A program made the translations under genes and the position numbers. From Acaryochloris thomasi RCC1774 (lineage in GTDB: Bacteria; Cyanobacteriota; Cyanobacteriia; Thermosynechococcales; Thermosynechococcaceae), in NCBI RefSeq assembly GCF_003231495.1, contig NZ_PQWO01000014.1:132550-164549 (forward strand): 32,000 nucleotides of DNA. Direction: 5' to 3'. Below, piece by piece: positions 8,473 through 17,745 of the stretch; positions within the stretch are counted from its first letter, which is position 1, and each line of letters starts with the position of its first letter. The notes under the pieces were generated by a model. That model had not been told where the DNA came from, made no database searches, and saw nothing but the letters and a program-made list of their open reading frames with translations.

Positions 8473-9513
8473 ATGTTCATGGAATCAAACCGCGCTCGGA
8501 TTGCCATTGATGCGATGGGAGGCGACCACGCACCCGATGAAGTTGTAGCCGGGGCCTTGCTTGCCCAAGCCGAGCTAGATGTTGAAGTCCTGCTTGTCGG
8601 TAACCCTGAACTGATTGAAGCCTCGGTTAAGGAGAACGGCGGGTCTCTTGACTCCGTGAAGATTGTGCCAGCAGAAGGCATGATTGAGATGACCGAAGAG
8701 CCCTTGAGCGCGCTGCGTAAGAAGCGAAAAGCCTCTATTAACGTCGCCATGAACCTAGTTAAAAAAGGTGAGGCAGACGCGGTTGTTTCCGCAGGACATT
8801 CTGGCGCTGCAATGGCAGCGGCTCTTCTGCGCCTGGGACGACTGCCTGGTATTGACCGACCCGCGATTGGTGCCGTTTTCCCAACATTGATTGCCGGGAA
8901 GCAGGTGCTGGTTTTAGACGTCGGTGCCAACGTCGATTGCCGACCCAATTTCCTCGATCAATTTGCCACAATGGGGTCTATCTACAGCCAGGATGTCCTT
9001 GGCACTGAGTCTCCCAAAGTGGGTCTCCTCAACATTGGCGAAGAACCCAATAAAGGCAACGAAGCCTCGGTTCAGACCTATCCTTTACTAGAGCGTAATC
9101 CCAACATCAACTTTGTGGGTAATGCCGAAGGACGTGACGTTCTTTCCGGTCAGTTTGACGTGATTGTCTGCGACGGGTTTACCGGCAACGTACTGCTGAA
9201 GTTTGCCGAAGCCGTCGGCGGTGTGGCCCTCCAAATTATCAAAGAAGAGCTGCCGCGCGGTGTGCGAGGCAAAGTGGGTGCTGTTGTCTTGAAGCCCAAT
9301 CTGCTCAACATCAAGCAGCGCATGGATCATGCTGAACATGGTGGTGGTCTATTGCTGGGTGTTGCAGGCGTCTGTATTATTAGCCACGGCAGTTCGAAAG
9401 CGCCGTCTATTTTTAACGCCATTCGTCTTGCAAAAGAAGCGGCAGACCATCAGGTTTCCGATCGGATTCGGTCCTGCTATCAACAGACAGTTGCAGTCGC
9501 AAACGGAGAATAG
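8473..9513 (+). CDS. plsX: phosphate acyltransferase PlsX
   Basis: Contains IAIDAMGGDHAP and GFTGNVLLK, both PlsX hallmarks. It is immediately followed by fabH, the conserved plsX-fabH arrangement. Confidence 0.95.
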   Translation: MFMESNRARIAIDAMGGDHAPDEVVAGALLAQAELDVEVLLVGNPELIEASVKENGGSLDSVKIVPAEGMIEMTEEPLSALRKKRKASINVAMNLVKKGEADAVVSAGHSGAAMAAALLRLGRLPGIDRPAIGAVFPTLIAGKQVLVLDVGANVDCRPNFLDQFATMGSIYSQDVLGTESPKVGLLNIGEEPNKGNEASVQTYPLLERNPNINFVGNAEGRDVLSGQFDVIVCDGFTGNVLLKFAEAVGGVALQIIKEELPRGVRGKVGAVVLKPNLLNIKQRMDHAEHGGGLLLGVAGVCIISHGSSKAPSIFNAIRLAKEAADHQVSDRIRSCYQQTVAVANGE

Positions 9514-9515
9514 CT

Positions 9516-10511
9516 GTGCAGAATTTGGCTTCTGGGCTGGCAATCACTGGCTGCGGCTCTGCGGTGCCAGCCGCCTCTTTAAATAATCATGGCCTCAGTG
9601 AGATTGTAGAAACGTCAGATGAATGGATTGCCTCTCGCACCGGCATTCGGTCGCGCCATTTGGCAAGCCCCCAAGAGTCGCTTGTTGATATTGCGGTGGA
9701 AGCTTCTCGAGGTGCGATCGCATCTGCCAAAATCAACCCTGAAGATTTAGACCTAATTATTCTGGCGACCTCCACCCCAGACGACTTATTTGGCACTGCC
9801 GGAAAGATTCAAATTCAGTTGGGGGCTAAGCGAGCCGTAGCCTTTGACCTGACGGCTGCCTGTTCTGGATTTGTGTTTGGCATGGTGACCGCGGCCCAGT
9901 TTATCCGTACCGGTGTCTATCGAAATGTGCTGCTGATTGGCGCTGACATTCTTTCGCGCTGGGTTGACTGGAACGATCGCCGTACCTGCATTCTGTTTGG
10001 CGACGGAGCGGGTGCTGTTGTTATGCAAGCCAATGAACAGGATCATCTCTTGGGTTTTATGCTCCAGAGCGACGGCACCAAGCACGACCAGCTCAACTTA
10101 GCCTATCAGCCTGAAGCTAAACCTCTAGCAAATCTCACCATTGGTCAAGGTGGGTTCGCCCCAATCACAATGAATGGTCAAGAGATCTATCGGTTCGCAG
10201 TCAAACGAGTCCCTGAAGTGATTGGCAAAGCTCTGTTTCATGCCGGCTGCACAGTGGAAGATATTGACTGGCTTGTCATGCACCAAGCCAATCAGCGCAT
10301 TCTTGATGCCGTTGCCCAACGCCTTAAGCTTCCGGCGGAGAAGGTGGTCAGCAACATGGCTGAACATGGCAATACTTCCGCAGCTTCTATTCCATTAGCC
10401 CTAGACGCTGAAATTCGAGAAGGTCGGATCAAAGTCGGAGACAAGATTGCCGCAGCGGGTTTCGGTGCGGGTCTGAGTTGGGGAGCAACCATTTTTGAAT
10501 GGGGCCGCTGA
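9516..10511 (+). CDS. fabH: 3-oxoacyl-ACP synthase III FabH
   Basis: The catalytic triad contexts are present: AACSGF (Cys), HQANQRI (His), GNTSAASIP (Asn). The GTG start is 2 nt after the plsX stop, with GGAGAA upstream. Confidence 0.95.
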   Translation: MQNLASGLAITGCGSAVPAASLNNHGLSEIVETSDEWIASRTGIRSRHLASPQESLVDIAVEASRGAIASAKINPEDLDLIILATSTPDDLFGTAGKIQIQLGAKRAVAFDLTAACSGFVFGMVTAAQFIRTGVYRNVLLIGADILSRWVDWNDRRTCILFGDGAGAVVMQANEQDHLLGFMLQSDGTKHDQLNLAYQPEAKPLANLTIGQGGFAPITMNGQEIYRFAVKRVPEVIGKALFHAGCTVEDIDWLVMHQANQRILDAVAQRLKLPAEKVVSNMAEHGNTSAASIPLALDAEIREGRIKVGDKIAAAGFGAGLSWGATIFEWGR

Positions 10512-10563
10512 ATTAATTTTCTCGGTGATTTTACGCAGGTTCTCACGCTAGACCACTGCTAGG

Positions 10564-10893
10564 ATGGCGCTAACTCGGGTAAAAACAACTATCCTTAGCC
10601 ATGACGCTGCCTTGACAACCGCCATGCTCAAAACTTTTAAGAAGACGCTGTACCGCATCAATCCTCGCTTTCCTGAAGACGTGCAGTTCGCCAAGCGCAT
10701 TGTGCGCAAGCAGATAGCACTGCTCAGTAAAGGAGAAAAGGTCGATCAGGTTGCACCACAGCTGCTAGACGGCTTGCAGCCTTTGCAACAGCGCGGATAC
10801 TCCCAGCTCCATATTCAGGTCATCTGTGCTGAGGCGATTCAGCACTTGCTGATCGAGAAGGTTTTGCGCGAACAGAAAGCGATACTAACTTAA
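10564..10893 (+). CDS. hypothetical protein
   Basis: 109-aa ORF with helical composition and no recognisable motif. Confidence 0.4.
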   Translation: MALTRVKTTILSHDAALTTAMLKTFKKTLYRINPRFPEDVQFAKRIVRKQIALLSKGEKVDQVAPQLLDGLQPLQQRGYSQLHIQVICAEAIQHLLIEKVLREQKAILT

Positions 10894-11035
10894 CGCTCTG
10901 CAGCAGATAGCAATCGAGCGGCTGGCTGAGACACCAGACCTTTATCCAAAGCGAGTTTCAGTCGCTAAATGTCTGAACCAATACCTCTCTCGCGATATGT
11001 CAAGATGAGTGGGTTAACGCCATTAGCAATTGCCC

Positions 11036-11479
11036 ATGCTCCATTTCGAGAAATCTTGCCTAGTTGACGCCCCCGTAGAGACCGTCTGGCAATTTCATGA
11101 GCGCCCCGATATTCTTAATTTGTTAACGCCACCCTGGCAGCCCGTTCAGATTGTCCGTCGTCAAGGCGGGCTAGAGGTGGGAGCGCTCTCAGAGTTCCGA
11201 CTTTGGATTGGGCCTATTCCTGTGCAGTGGATCTCTATTCATACGAGCTGTGATATTAATCAGCAGTTTACCGATGAGCAAGAAGTCGGTCCCATGAGTA
11301 GCTGGAAACATCGCCATCAGTTTGAGGCCCAAGGATCACAGACGCGCCTGACAGACGCCATTGACTTTGAAATTCCAGGGGAGTCGCTAGCCGAGATGCT
11401 GCTGGGCGAATGGGTGAAGTCCCGACTCAACGATATGTTTGCCTACCGACATCAGGTTACGCAGGAGCGGTGCATTTAG
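11036..11479 (+). CDS. SRPBCC (START/Bet v1-like, cyclase/dehydrase-type) family protein
   Basis: 147 aa from ATG 11036. The pattern FEKSCLVDAPVETVWQFHERPD..L..LTPPW.. is typical of SRPBCC-fold proteins. Confidence 0.65.
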   Translation: MLHFEKSCLVDAPVETVWQFHERPDILNLLTPPWQPVQIVRRQGGLEVGALSEFRLWIGPIPVQWISIHTSCDINQQFTDEQEVGPMSSWKHRHQFEAQGSQTRLTDAIDFEIPGESLAEMLLGEWVKSRLNDMFAYRHQVTQERCI

Positions 11480-11565
11480 GCTCTGTTGCAACTGGCGGCA
11501 CCTGTGATGGGGTTCTGTTGCGTTAACTTTCCAGGGCGCAAGAATGAGAGCTTAACCCTGATTTT

Positions 11566-11712
11566 TTAGACAGAAATCCCAAAGTTCTCCGAAATGAAGT
11601 GATTCTGAGAACGAAGGTCTCCTTTCTCAATACCGACGATCTGACCCTTACGAATCGCATTCATCGTCTTATTTCCTGGAACGGAGTGTCCACTCTTTCG
11701 AGACAAGGTCAC
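11566..11712 (-). pseudogene. IS6/IS240-like transposase, C-terminal remnant
   Basis: A 48-codon frame below the track cutoff reads VTLSRKSGHSVPGNKTMNAIRKGQIVGIEKGDLRSQNHFISENFGISV*. The ..IRKGQ....Q..FI...FGI.. ending is as I remember for the C-termini of IS6-family transposases. No catalytic core is present. Confidence 0.45.
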
Positions 11713-11750
11713 TTCAGACACAACTCATCATAGAGACAACATCACCCAAC

Positions 11751-12710
11751 CTAAGAAGTGGTCTCGTGCCGCTCGTAGGCATCAATAATCTTTTCTACAA
11801 GAGGATGGCGAACCACGTCGGCTTTAGTCAGGTTGCAGAAGGCAATACCGTCAATGTTAGAGAGGATTCTTTGAGCCACAGCCAGTCCTGAAGCTTGGTG
11901 ACTGGGTAAGTCAGTTTGCGTGACATCTCCGGTGACCACCAGCCGTGACTTGTTCCCGAGGCGCGTCAGCATCATTTTCATTTGGCCTGGAGTGGTATTT
12001 TGAGCCTCATCTAAAATCACAAAGGCATGGCTGAGGGTCCGACCTCGCATATAGGCCAAAGGAGCGACCTCAATAATGCCCCGCTCCATGAGACTCGTCA
12101 CGCGCTCTGGCTCCACCAAAGCATGAAGGGCATCGTAGAGCGGTCGAAGATAGGGATTGACCTTTTCTTGCAAATCTCCAGGTAGGAAGCCTAAGCGCTC
12201 ACCCGCTTCAATGGCCGGTCGGGTCAGAATTAAGCGCTCATATTCATTGGATAAAAGCGCCTGCACTGCCAGAATTGCAGCTAAAAAAGTTTTACCCGTT
12301 CCGGCTGGCCCAATACCAAAGGTCAAAGAATGGGTGCGGATGGCTTTAACATACTGACGCTGACGAAAAGTTTTTGCTCGAATGTCTTCACCACGCCGGG
12401 TCCGAGCCAGCACATCTTTCTGCAAATCTTTCCAGTTATCTTTCTGGTTTGTATTGAGAGCGTGGCGGGCCGTGAGGATATCAACCTCAGTTACTTCTCG
12501 CTCTGCCTGCCAAAGATCGCTGAGCATGGTGATCAGCTGCTGGCAAATCTGGACCTGAGTTTCAGTGCCGCTGATCAGCAAATCTTGCCCGCGAAGAACG
12601 AGCTGCGCGCCTGTCTGCCGGGCCAGCACTTTGATATTGTGTTCCTGTTCGCCTGCAAATGCGATCGCACTATCTGACGTCGGGAACGAAATCGTAAGAG
12701 TTTCAGCCAT
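11751..12710 (-). CDS. phoH: PhoH-like ATPase
   Basis: Walker A is GPAGTGKTFLA and Walker B is FVILDEAQN, followed by VVTGDVTQTDLP. These are PhoH family hallmarks. Confidence 0.9.
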   Translation of the reverse strand: MAETLTISFPTSDSAIAFAGEQEHNIKVLARQTGAQLVLRGQDLLISGTETQVQICQQLITMLSDLWQAEREVTEVDILTARHALNTNQKDNWKDLQKDVLARTRRGEDIRAKTFRQRQYVKAIRTHSLTFGIGPAGTGKTFLAAILAVQALLSNEYERLILTRPAIEAGERLGFLPGDLQEKVNPYLRPLYDALHALVEPERVTSLMERGIIEVAPLAYMRGRTLSHAFVILDEAQNTTPGQMKMMLTRLGNKSRLVVTGDVTQTDLPSHQASGLAVAQRILSNIDGIAFCNLTKADVVRHPLVEKIIDAYERHETTS

Positions 12711-12780
12711 AACGGCATAAAAAAATAGATAAAGCTACCGTTGAGAGAGCTTCCGACTCACCGCCGCAACTGCTATTCCG

Positions 12781-13170
12781 TTAGTCCTCTGAGACTTGCT
12801 CGCTTCGCTTCACCGGTTTCGGCACTGGCTTTTTGGGACCATCACCACTTCGTCGGCTACTGCTGCGCCGACCACCGCCGCGAGAATCCTGTGAGGTCTG
12901 ACTGCCGAACACCTCAAGATGGACAGATTGATCCGCTAGCTTGCCCGCTGTTTCTACCACGGAGCGCATCGCCTGGATGGTCCGTCCATTGCGCCCAAAG
13001 ACATGACCCTTATCAGAATCAGCAAAGGCAAGACGCACCCAGATTTTGCCGTTGGCATAGGTCTCACAGTGAATGCTCAGCTTGTCTGGCTCTTCTAGGA
13101 ACGGCGTCACTAAAAAGCGAACAAGTTCGGCATAGTCTGATTGCGGACTCGTCACATGCACTCCCGACAC
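12781..13170 (-). CDS. KH-domain RNA-binding protein (YlqC/UPF0109-like) with an Arg/Ser/Gly-rich tail
   Basis: Has a KH GxxG loop (FGRNGRTIQAMRSVV). Its GTG start overlaps the rpsP stop (TAGTG). The position downstream of rpsP is conserved. Confidence 0.85.
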   Translation of the reverse strand: MSGVHVTSPQSDYAELVRFLVTPFLEEPDKLSIHCETYANGKIWVRLAFADSDKGHVFGRNGRTIQAMRSVVETAGKLADQSVHLEVFGSQTSQDSRGGGRRSSSRRSGDGPKKPVPKPVKRSEQVSED

Positions 13171-13421
13171 TATTGGGCTTTCATTTGCTCAAAAACGTTA
13201 GCTTTTTCTAAAATCCGACGTACGGTGTCAGTGGGCTGGGCACCCTGCTGGAGACGCTTGATAATCCCATCCACGCGCAGTCGCGTTTCGTTGGCAATGG
13301 GGTTGTAATAGCCCAACTCTTCAAGGGGACGGCCATCACGGCGACTACGACTGTCAATCGCCACAATGCGATAGCTTGCAGCGCGCTTCTTACCGTATCG
13401 CTTTAGTCTGAGTTTGATCAT
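13170..13421 (-). CDS. rpsP: 30S ribosomal protein S16
   Basis: [41 protein letters not shown] is a canonical S16 N-terminus. The start is set at ATG 13421; the track ORF extends to 13469. Confidence 0.95.
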   Translation of the reverse strand: MIKLRLKRYGKKRAASYRIVAIDSRSRRDGRPLEELGYYNPIANETRLRVDGIIKRLQQGAQPTDTVRRILEKANVFEQMKAQ

Positions 13422-13585
13422 GCTTGGGGTAAAGGATTGTTTTGGATGGCTATAGGTCAACCGCACCAAAGGCGCGAGAGGCCGACAACAGTACAGTAAG
13501 CAATCATATCACTTCAGTCGGCGCTATTGCCACTTAATGTTAAGCCCAGAAAGAAGTGAATGTCATGTGCAGCCTGTATTCAGCA

Positions 13586-15043
13586 CTATAGCGTCCCAAA
13601 TCCCTTCCGCTTTTTGTTCTTCTTTTTCTTTTTGCCACCGCCACCTTGGCCCCGCCATCCTGGCCCCGGAGCCTGACCGCCGCCGCCCATCATGCCGCCG
13701 CCAAACGGGTTCATGCCGCCCCCCATGCCCCCCATGCCCGGCATTTGACCCTGGCCCATCTGCTGCATCATCGTCCGCATTCTCTGGAAGTCGGTGACCA
13801 GCTTACTGACGTCATTGAGTGAGTAGCCTGAACCCTTAGCAATTCGGCGTCGCCTGCTGGGGGAGCTAGATAGCAAATCTGGATCCTTGCGCTCTGCCTG
13901 CGTCATGGAGCCAATCATGGCTTCGGTCTGCTTAAGCTTCCCTTCGCCTTCTTCGAGCTGAGAAGACGAGAGCTTGTTCATGCCCGGAATCATTTTCATG
14001 ACGCCGCCGAGAGATCCCATATTTTTCAGGAGCCGCATTTGCTTCAGAAAATCAGAGAAGTCAAACTGCGCCTCCATGATCTTTTGGGTCATTTTTTCGG
14101 CATCGGCAATGTCGAATTCTTCCTGAGCTTTTTCGACAAGGGAGAGGACATCCCCCATCCCCAAGATGCGCGAGGCCATCCGCTCAGGGTAGAAGGGCTG
14201 CAGAGCCTCTACTTTCTCGCCGACGCCAATAAACTTGATCGGCTGTCCCGAGATCTGTCGGATGGATAGCGCTGCTCCCCCTCGCGTATCGCCATCCATC
14301 TTGGTGAGAATCGCGCCGGTAATCCCGATCTCTTCGTGGAAGGTGCGGGTTAGGTTAGCGGCTTCTTGGCCAGTCATCGCGTCCACAACCAGCAAAACTT
14401 CGTCAGGTTTCACCGTCTTTTTAATGGTGGCTAGCTCACCCATCATCTCGGGGTCAATCTGGAGTCGGCCAGCGGTGTCGATGATCACGGTATCAACATT
14501 CTGTTCGCGGGCGGCGGCTAGACCCTGGCGAGCAATCTCTACCGGGTTGGCATCTGCACCAATTTCAAAAACAGGGACGTTGATCTGCTTGCCCAGCGTG
14601 ACGAGCTGATCAATGGCGGCGGGTCGATAAACATCAGTCGCCACCAGCAGGGCCGAGCGCTCTTGCTTGCGCAGATGGAGGGCTAGCTTAGCGGTCGCCG
14701 TTGTTTTACCGGTTCCTTGCAAACCCGCCATTAAGATGACGGTGGGGGCTTTATTGGCTTCTGCTAGAGGAGCGTTGGTCTCTCCCATGACTTTGATCAG
14801 CTCATCGTTCACGATTTTGATGAACTGCTGATCAGGGCTGACCCCCTTGATCACTTCTGCGCCCAGGGCTGTCTCACGGACCTCTTCGATAAAATCTTTG
14901 ACTACCTGTAGGTTGGCGTCAGCTTCGAGAAGCGATCGCCTCACGTCTCGCAGGGCTTCTTGAATATTTGACTCTGAGATCTTGGCTTGACCTCGCAGAG
15001 ACTTCCAGGCAGATTCTAGACTTTCGGAGAGGGCCTCAAACAT
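13586..15043 (-). CDS. ffh: signal recognition particle protein Ffh
   Basis: The NG domain G-motifs are present (GLQGTGKTTATAKLA, DTAGRL, TKMDGD). It has a Met-rich M domain and a Gly/Met-rich, Lys-rich tail. Confidence 0.97.
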   Translation of the reverse strand: MFEALSESLESAWKSLRGQAKISESNIQEALRDVRRSLLEADANLQVVKDFIEEVRETALGAEVIKGVSPDQQFIKIVNDELIKVMGETNAPLAEANKAPTVILMAGLQGTGKTTATAKLALHLRKQERSALLVATDVYRPAAIDQLVTLGKQINVPVFEIGADANPVEIARQGLAAAREQNVDTVIIDTAGRLQIDPEMMGELATIKKTVKPDEVLLVVDAMTGQEAANLTRTFHEEIGITGAILTKMDGDTRGGAALSIRQISGQPIKFIGVGEKVEALQPFYPERMASRILGMGDVLSLVEKAQEEFDIADAEKMTQKIMEAQFDFSDFLKQMRLLKNMGSLGGVMKMIPGMNKLSSSQLEEGEGKLKQTEAMIGSMTQAERKDPDLLSSSPSRRRRIAKGSGYSLNDVSKLVTDFQRMRTMMQQMGQGQMPGMGGMGGGMNPFGGGMMGGGGQAPGPGWRGQGGGGKKKKKNKKRKGFGTL

Positions 15044-15160
15044 AGCGATTCAATACGGTGAATATGCTTCTTTTGTATTAGCCTAGCGTACTCTCTTGCA
15101 AACACCCCAACCGTAGAGCTGTGTTACGGTTACTCACGAACGCAACCCGTTATGTAGGCC

Positions 15161-16255
15161 ATGCAGACTCTTCCATTCCTACCTTTTGACTTGCCCTTTG
15201 CAACACCACTCACCAAGCTGGCATATCAGACCTTTTCGCAGAGCAAAAATGTATTTGGCATTGCCCATAGAGAATGGAATAGCCGTGTACGACAGGCTGT
15301 TGATCCACCTCGGCAGCAAAAGGTTAGCAAAATCGACGATCAGATGCTGGCGATGCTGCAAAAGCGCTTCGACCAGCTATTAGAATCTGACTGGGATGAT
15401 GCTCAGCAGGGCATTTATCCCACTGCTCTACTGTTTGACAATCCTTGGGACGAGTTTTTTCGTTTCTATCCGGCGGTGTGGTTGGATGCCCCTCAGACCT
15501 GGCGGCGCTACAACCAGCGTAGATATCAGGAATTCTCAGAGGCTGTTGATACAGCTGGGTATCCAAAGTACTATCTGCAAAACTTTCATCATCAGTCAGA
15601 TGGATACCTCAGTGATGACTCGGCTAATCTCTATGACCTACAGGTGGAGCTATTGTTTGGGGGAACGGCTGATGCGATGCGTCGTCGAATTTTGGCCCCT
15701 ATTAGGCAGGGACTGACACGATTTAATGATGTCCTGCCTCAGCACCAACGCATTATCGATGTTGCCTGCGGCACAGGCCGCACGTTGAAGATGCTGAGAG
15801 CAGCTTTTCCGCAAGCGTCTCTGTACGGTACTGACCTCTCTCCGGCGTATCTGCGGAAAGCGAATCAACTGCTGTCCCAGGATCGGGGAGAACTCCCTCA
15901 GCTTTTGCAGGCGAATGCAGAGGCTTTGCCTTATCAAGATAATTACTTCCACATGGTTTCCAGTGTCTTTCTGTTTCATGAGCTGCCTGCAACCGTTCGA
16001 AGAACAATCATTAATGAATGCTTCCGTATTGCTCAACCGAACGGCACTCTTGTCATTTGTGATTCGGTGCAGGTAAGCGATTCACCTGAGATGGAGACCT
16101 TTATGAAGAATTTTCCGGCGGTGTTTCATGAGCCGTACTATCGCCACTACTCAACCGATGACTTAGAGGGGCGCTTACGGCAGGCTGGCTTCACTGATAT
16201 CCAGACTGAGGTCCATTTCATGAGCAAGTACTGGATTGCGCGCAAGCCTGTTTGA
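15161..16255 (+). CDS. class I SAM-dependent methyltransferase with an N-terminal extension
   Basis: Motif I is IIDVACGTGRTLKML, and the post-I/II region (VSSVFLFHELP) is typical of the Methyltransf_11 type. Confidence 0.8.
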   Translation: MQTLPFLPFDLPFATPLTKLAYQTFSQSKNVFGIAHREWNSRVRQAVDPPRQQKVSKIDDQMLAMLQKRFDQLLESDWDDAQQGIYPTALLFDNPWDEFFRFYPAVWLDAPQTWRRYNQRRYQEFSEAVDTAGYPKYYLQNFHHQSDGYLSDDSANLYDLQVELLFGGTADAMRRRILAPIRQGLTRFNDVLPQHQRIIDVACGTGRTLKMLRAAFPQASLYGTDLSPAYLRKANQLLSQDRGELPQLLQANAEALPYQDNYFHMVSSVFLFHELPATVRRTIINECFRIAQPNGTLVICDSVQVSDSPEMETFMKNFPAVFHEPYYRHYSTDDLEGRLRQAGFTDIQTEVHFMSKYWIARKPV

Positions 16256-16299
16256 TAGCAGGTACTCTAAAAATTCTATCGTTCGCGCCGGTTCTGGCT

Positions 16300-17178
16300 A
16301 TGTCTGACACTGAACTACATCAGAATCTTGAGCATCGTTTCATTGTCAGCAATGGCGTAAAACTGCACTACGTGACGCAGGGGAAGGGACCGTTGATGCT
16401 GATGCTTCACGGTTTCCCAGAGTGTTGGTATTCTTGGCGGCACCAAATCCCGGCGTTTGCTCAAGAGTATAAGGTGGTGGCCCTAGATCTGCGGGGCTAC
16501 AACGAGAGTGAAAAGCCGGCAGATGTAAATGCTTACCGAATGCCTGAACTTATCAAAGATGTACGGGATGTGATTGAGGGTTTGGGCTACGACGACTGTA
16601 TTTTGGTGGGTCACGACTGGGGTGGTTTTATTGCCTGGTGTTTTGCCTATGCCCATCCTGAAATGCTGCAGAAGCTGATCGTGATGAATTTGCCTCATCC
16701 GGCGAAGTTCGCAGAGGCGCTTCGCAATAACCCTAGACAAATGTTGCGAAGCTGGTATATCAGCTTTTTTCAGGTGCCGATGCTACCGGAGCTGATGTTG
16801 CGAGCGAATGATTATGATGCGATCGCATCTGCTTTTGCAGATCGAGCAACCAACAAAAATGCCTTTACGCCCGAAGATTTAGCAGTCTTTAAAGATGCCG
16901 CCGCCAGACGGGGAGCGCTAACGGCCATGATCAACTACTACCGCAGCAACACCCGCACCTTCACCTCGCAAGACTGGGATGTCCTTGAGGTTCCGACGCT
17001 TTTGCTTTGGGGCGAAGATGATTTTGCTTTGGGTAAAGAGCTAACCTACGGTACAGAGGCTTATGTGCGAGATCTACAGCTCCACTATCTCAGCCACTGC
17101 AGTCACTGGATTCAGCAAGAGCAGCCAGATCTTGTCAATCAATATATGCGCGGCTTTTTGATATCAGGGAATGGGTAA
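16300..17178 (+). CDS. alpha/beta hydrolase, epoxide hydrolase / haloalkane dehalogenase-like
   Basis: Contains HGFPECWYSWRHQI and the nucleophile elbow VGHDWGG (Asp nucleophile type). I prefer ATG 16300 (MSDTELHQ) over the track's TTG 16252. Confidence 0.85.
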   Translation: MSDTELHQNLEHRFIVSNGVKLHYVTQGKGPLMLMLHGFPECWYSWRHQIPAFAQEYKVVALDLRGYNESEKPADVNAYRMPELIKDVRDVIEGLGYDDCILVGHDWGGFIAWCFAYAHPEMLQKLIVMNLPHPAKFAEALRNNPRQMLRSWYISFFQVPMLPELMLRANDYDAIASAFADRATNKNAFTPEDLAVFKDAAARRGALTAMINYYRSNTRTFTSQDWDVLEVPTLLLWGEDDFALGKELTYGTEAYVRDLQLHYLSHCSHWIQQEQPDLVNQYMRGFLISGNG

Positions 17179-17430
17179 CAGATAAACTTTTAATGCACAA
17201 AATCGAGCCAATAAATCAATACAGAAAGAGTAACTTGAATATGAAATAATACTCGTTATAACGGATTTGAGGATCGTCTTAAACTGGATATCTACGCTCA
17301 TTCATCGACATACTAATCAATAAGTTTTGAAGCCAGTCTTTATGATATCAAACCTCATTGAGATCACGAATTGGAGCAACATCTATCTCCCTTCGCTTCA
17401 TCCCTCATTTAGGGGCGTTTTGCAACAATT

Positions 17431-17479
17431 CGAGAAGACACGAGAATGCTAGGATTCCCTCGATTTTTTATACAGCTAC
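17431..17479 (+). repeat. 49-nt dispersed repeat, copy 2
   Basis: 48/49 identical to 3906-3954, in the same orientation. It lies in the 567-nt AT-rich spacer that separates the core genes from the tail-like cluster. Confidence 0.8.
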
Positions 17480-17745
17480 AGCTTTGTTGCACGAATCTTT
17501 CAAAGACCGAACTAGTTCCTAAGTGTCTTGCTTCCTAAGCAGCATCTTCTCTAAATTTTGGTAGCTCACAGGATAGCGGCAATACTATCGAACCACAAAG
17601 AGGATGATCTTCAATTGAAAATGACACCACTTGAACGGTTCAGCAGGGTTCATGACTAAAGTACAGGGAAACAAAGCAACTCTCTAGAACATAGCCACTG
17701 CAGATCGCACCTAGTTCGGCTTTTCTTGCAGCACGGCCATTTCAT

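Noticed and set aside
8316-8948. 210-aa ORF on the minus strand overlapping the plsX 5' half
   Set aside because: plsX on the plus strand is unambiguous. The antisense product is Ala/Arg/Ser/Pro-rich with no motif, so it is a shadow ORF.
12741-13211. 156-aa plus-strand ORF over the KH-domain gene and the rpsP end
   Set aside because: It is opposite two conserved, translationally coupled genes. Its Cys/Arg/Pro-rich composition marks it as a shadow ORF.
13537-13797. 86-aa Pro/Cys/Ser-rich ORF
   Set aside because: It is the antisense reading of the Gly/Met/Lys-rich C-terminal tail of Ffh, so its composition is an artefact.
3906-17479. The 49-nt direct repeats as att sites flanking an integrated island
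   Set aside because: The interval contains plsX-fabH, ffh-rpsP and phoH, which are core genes carrying HIP1 sites. No integrase is present. A dispersed repeat is the simpler reading.
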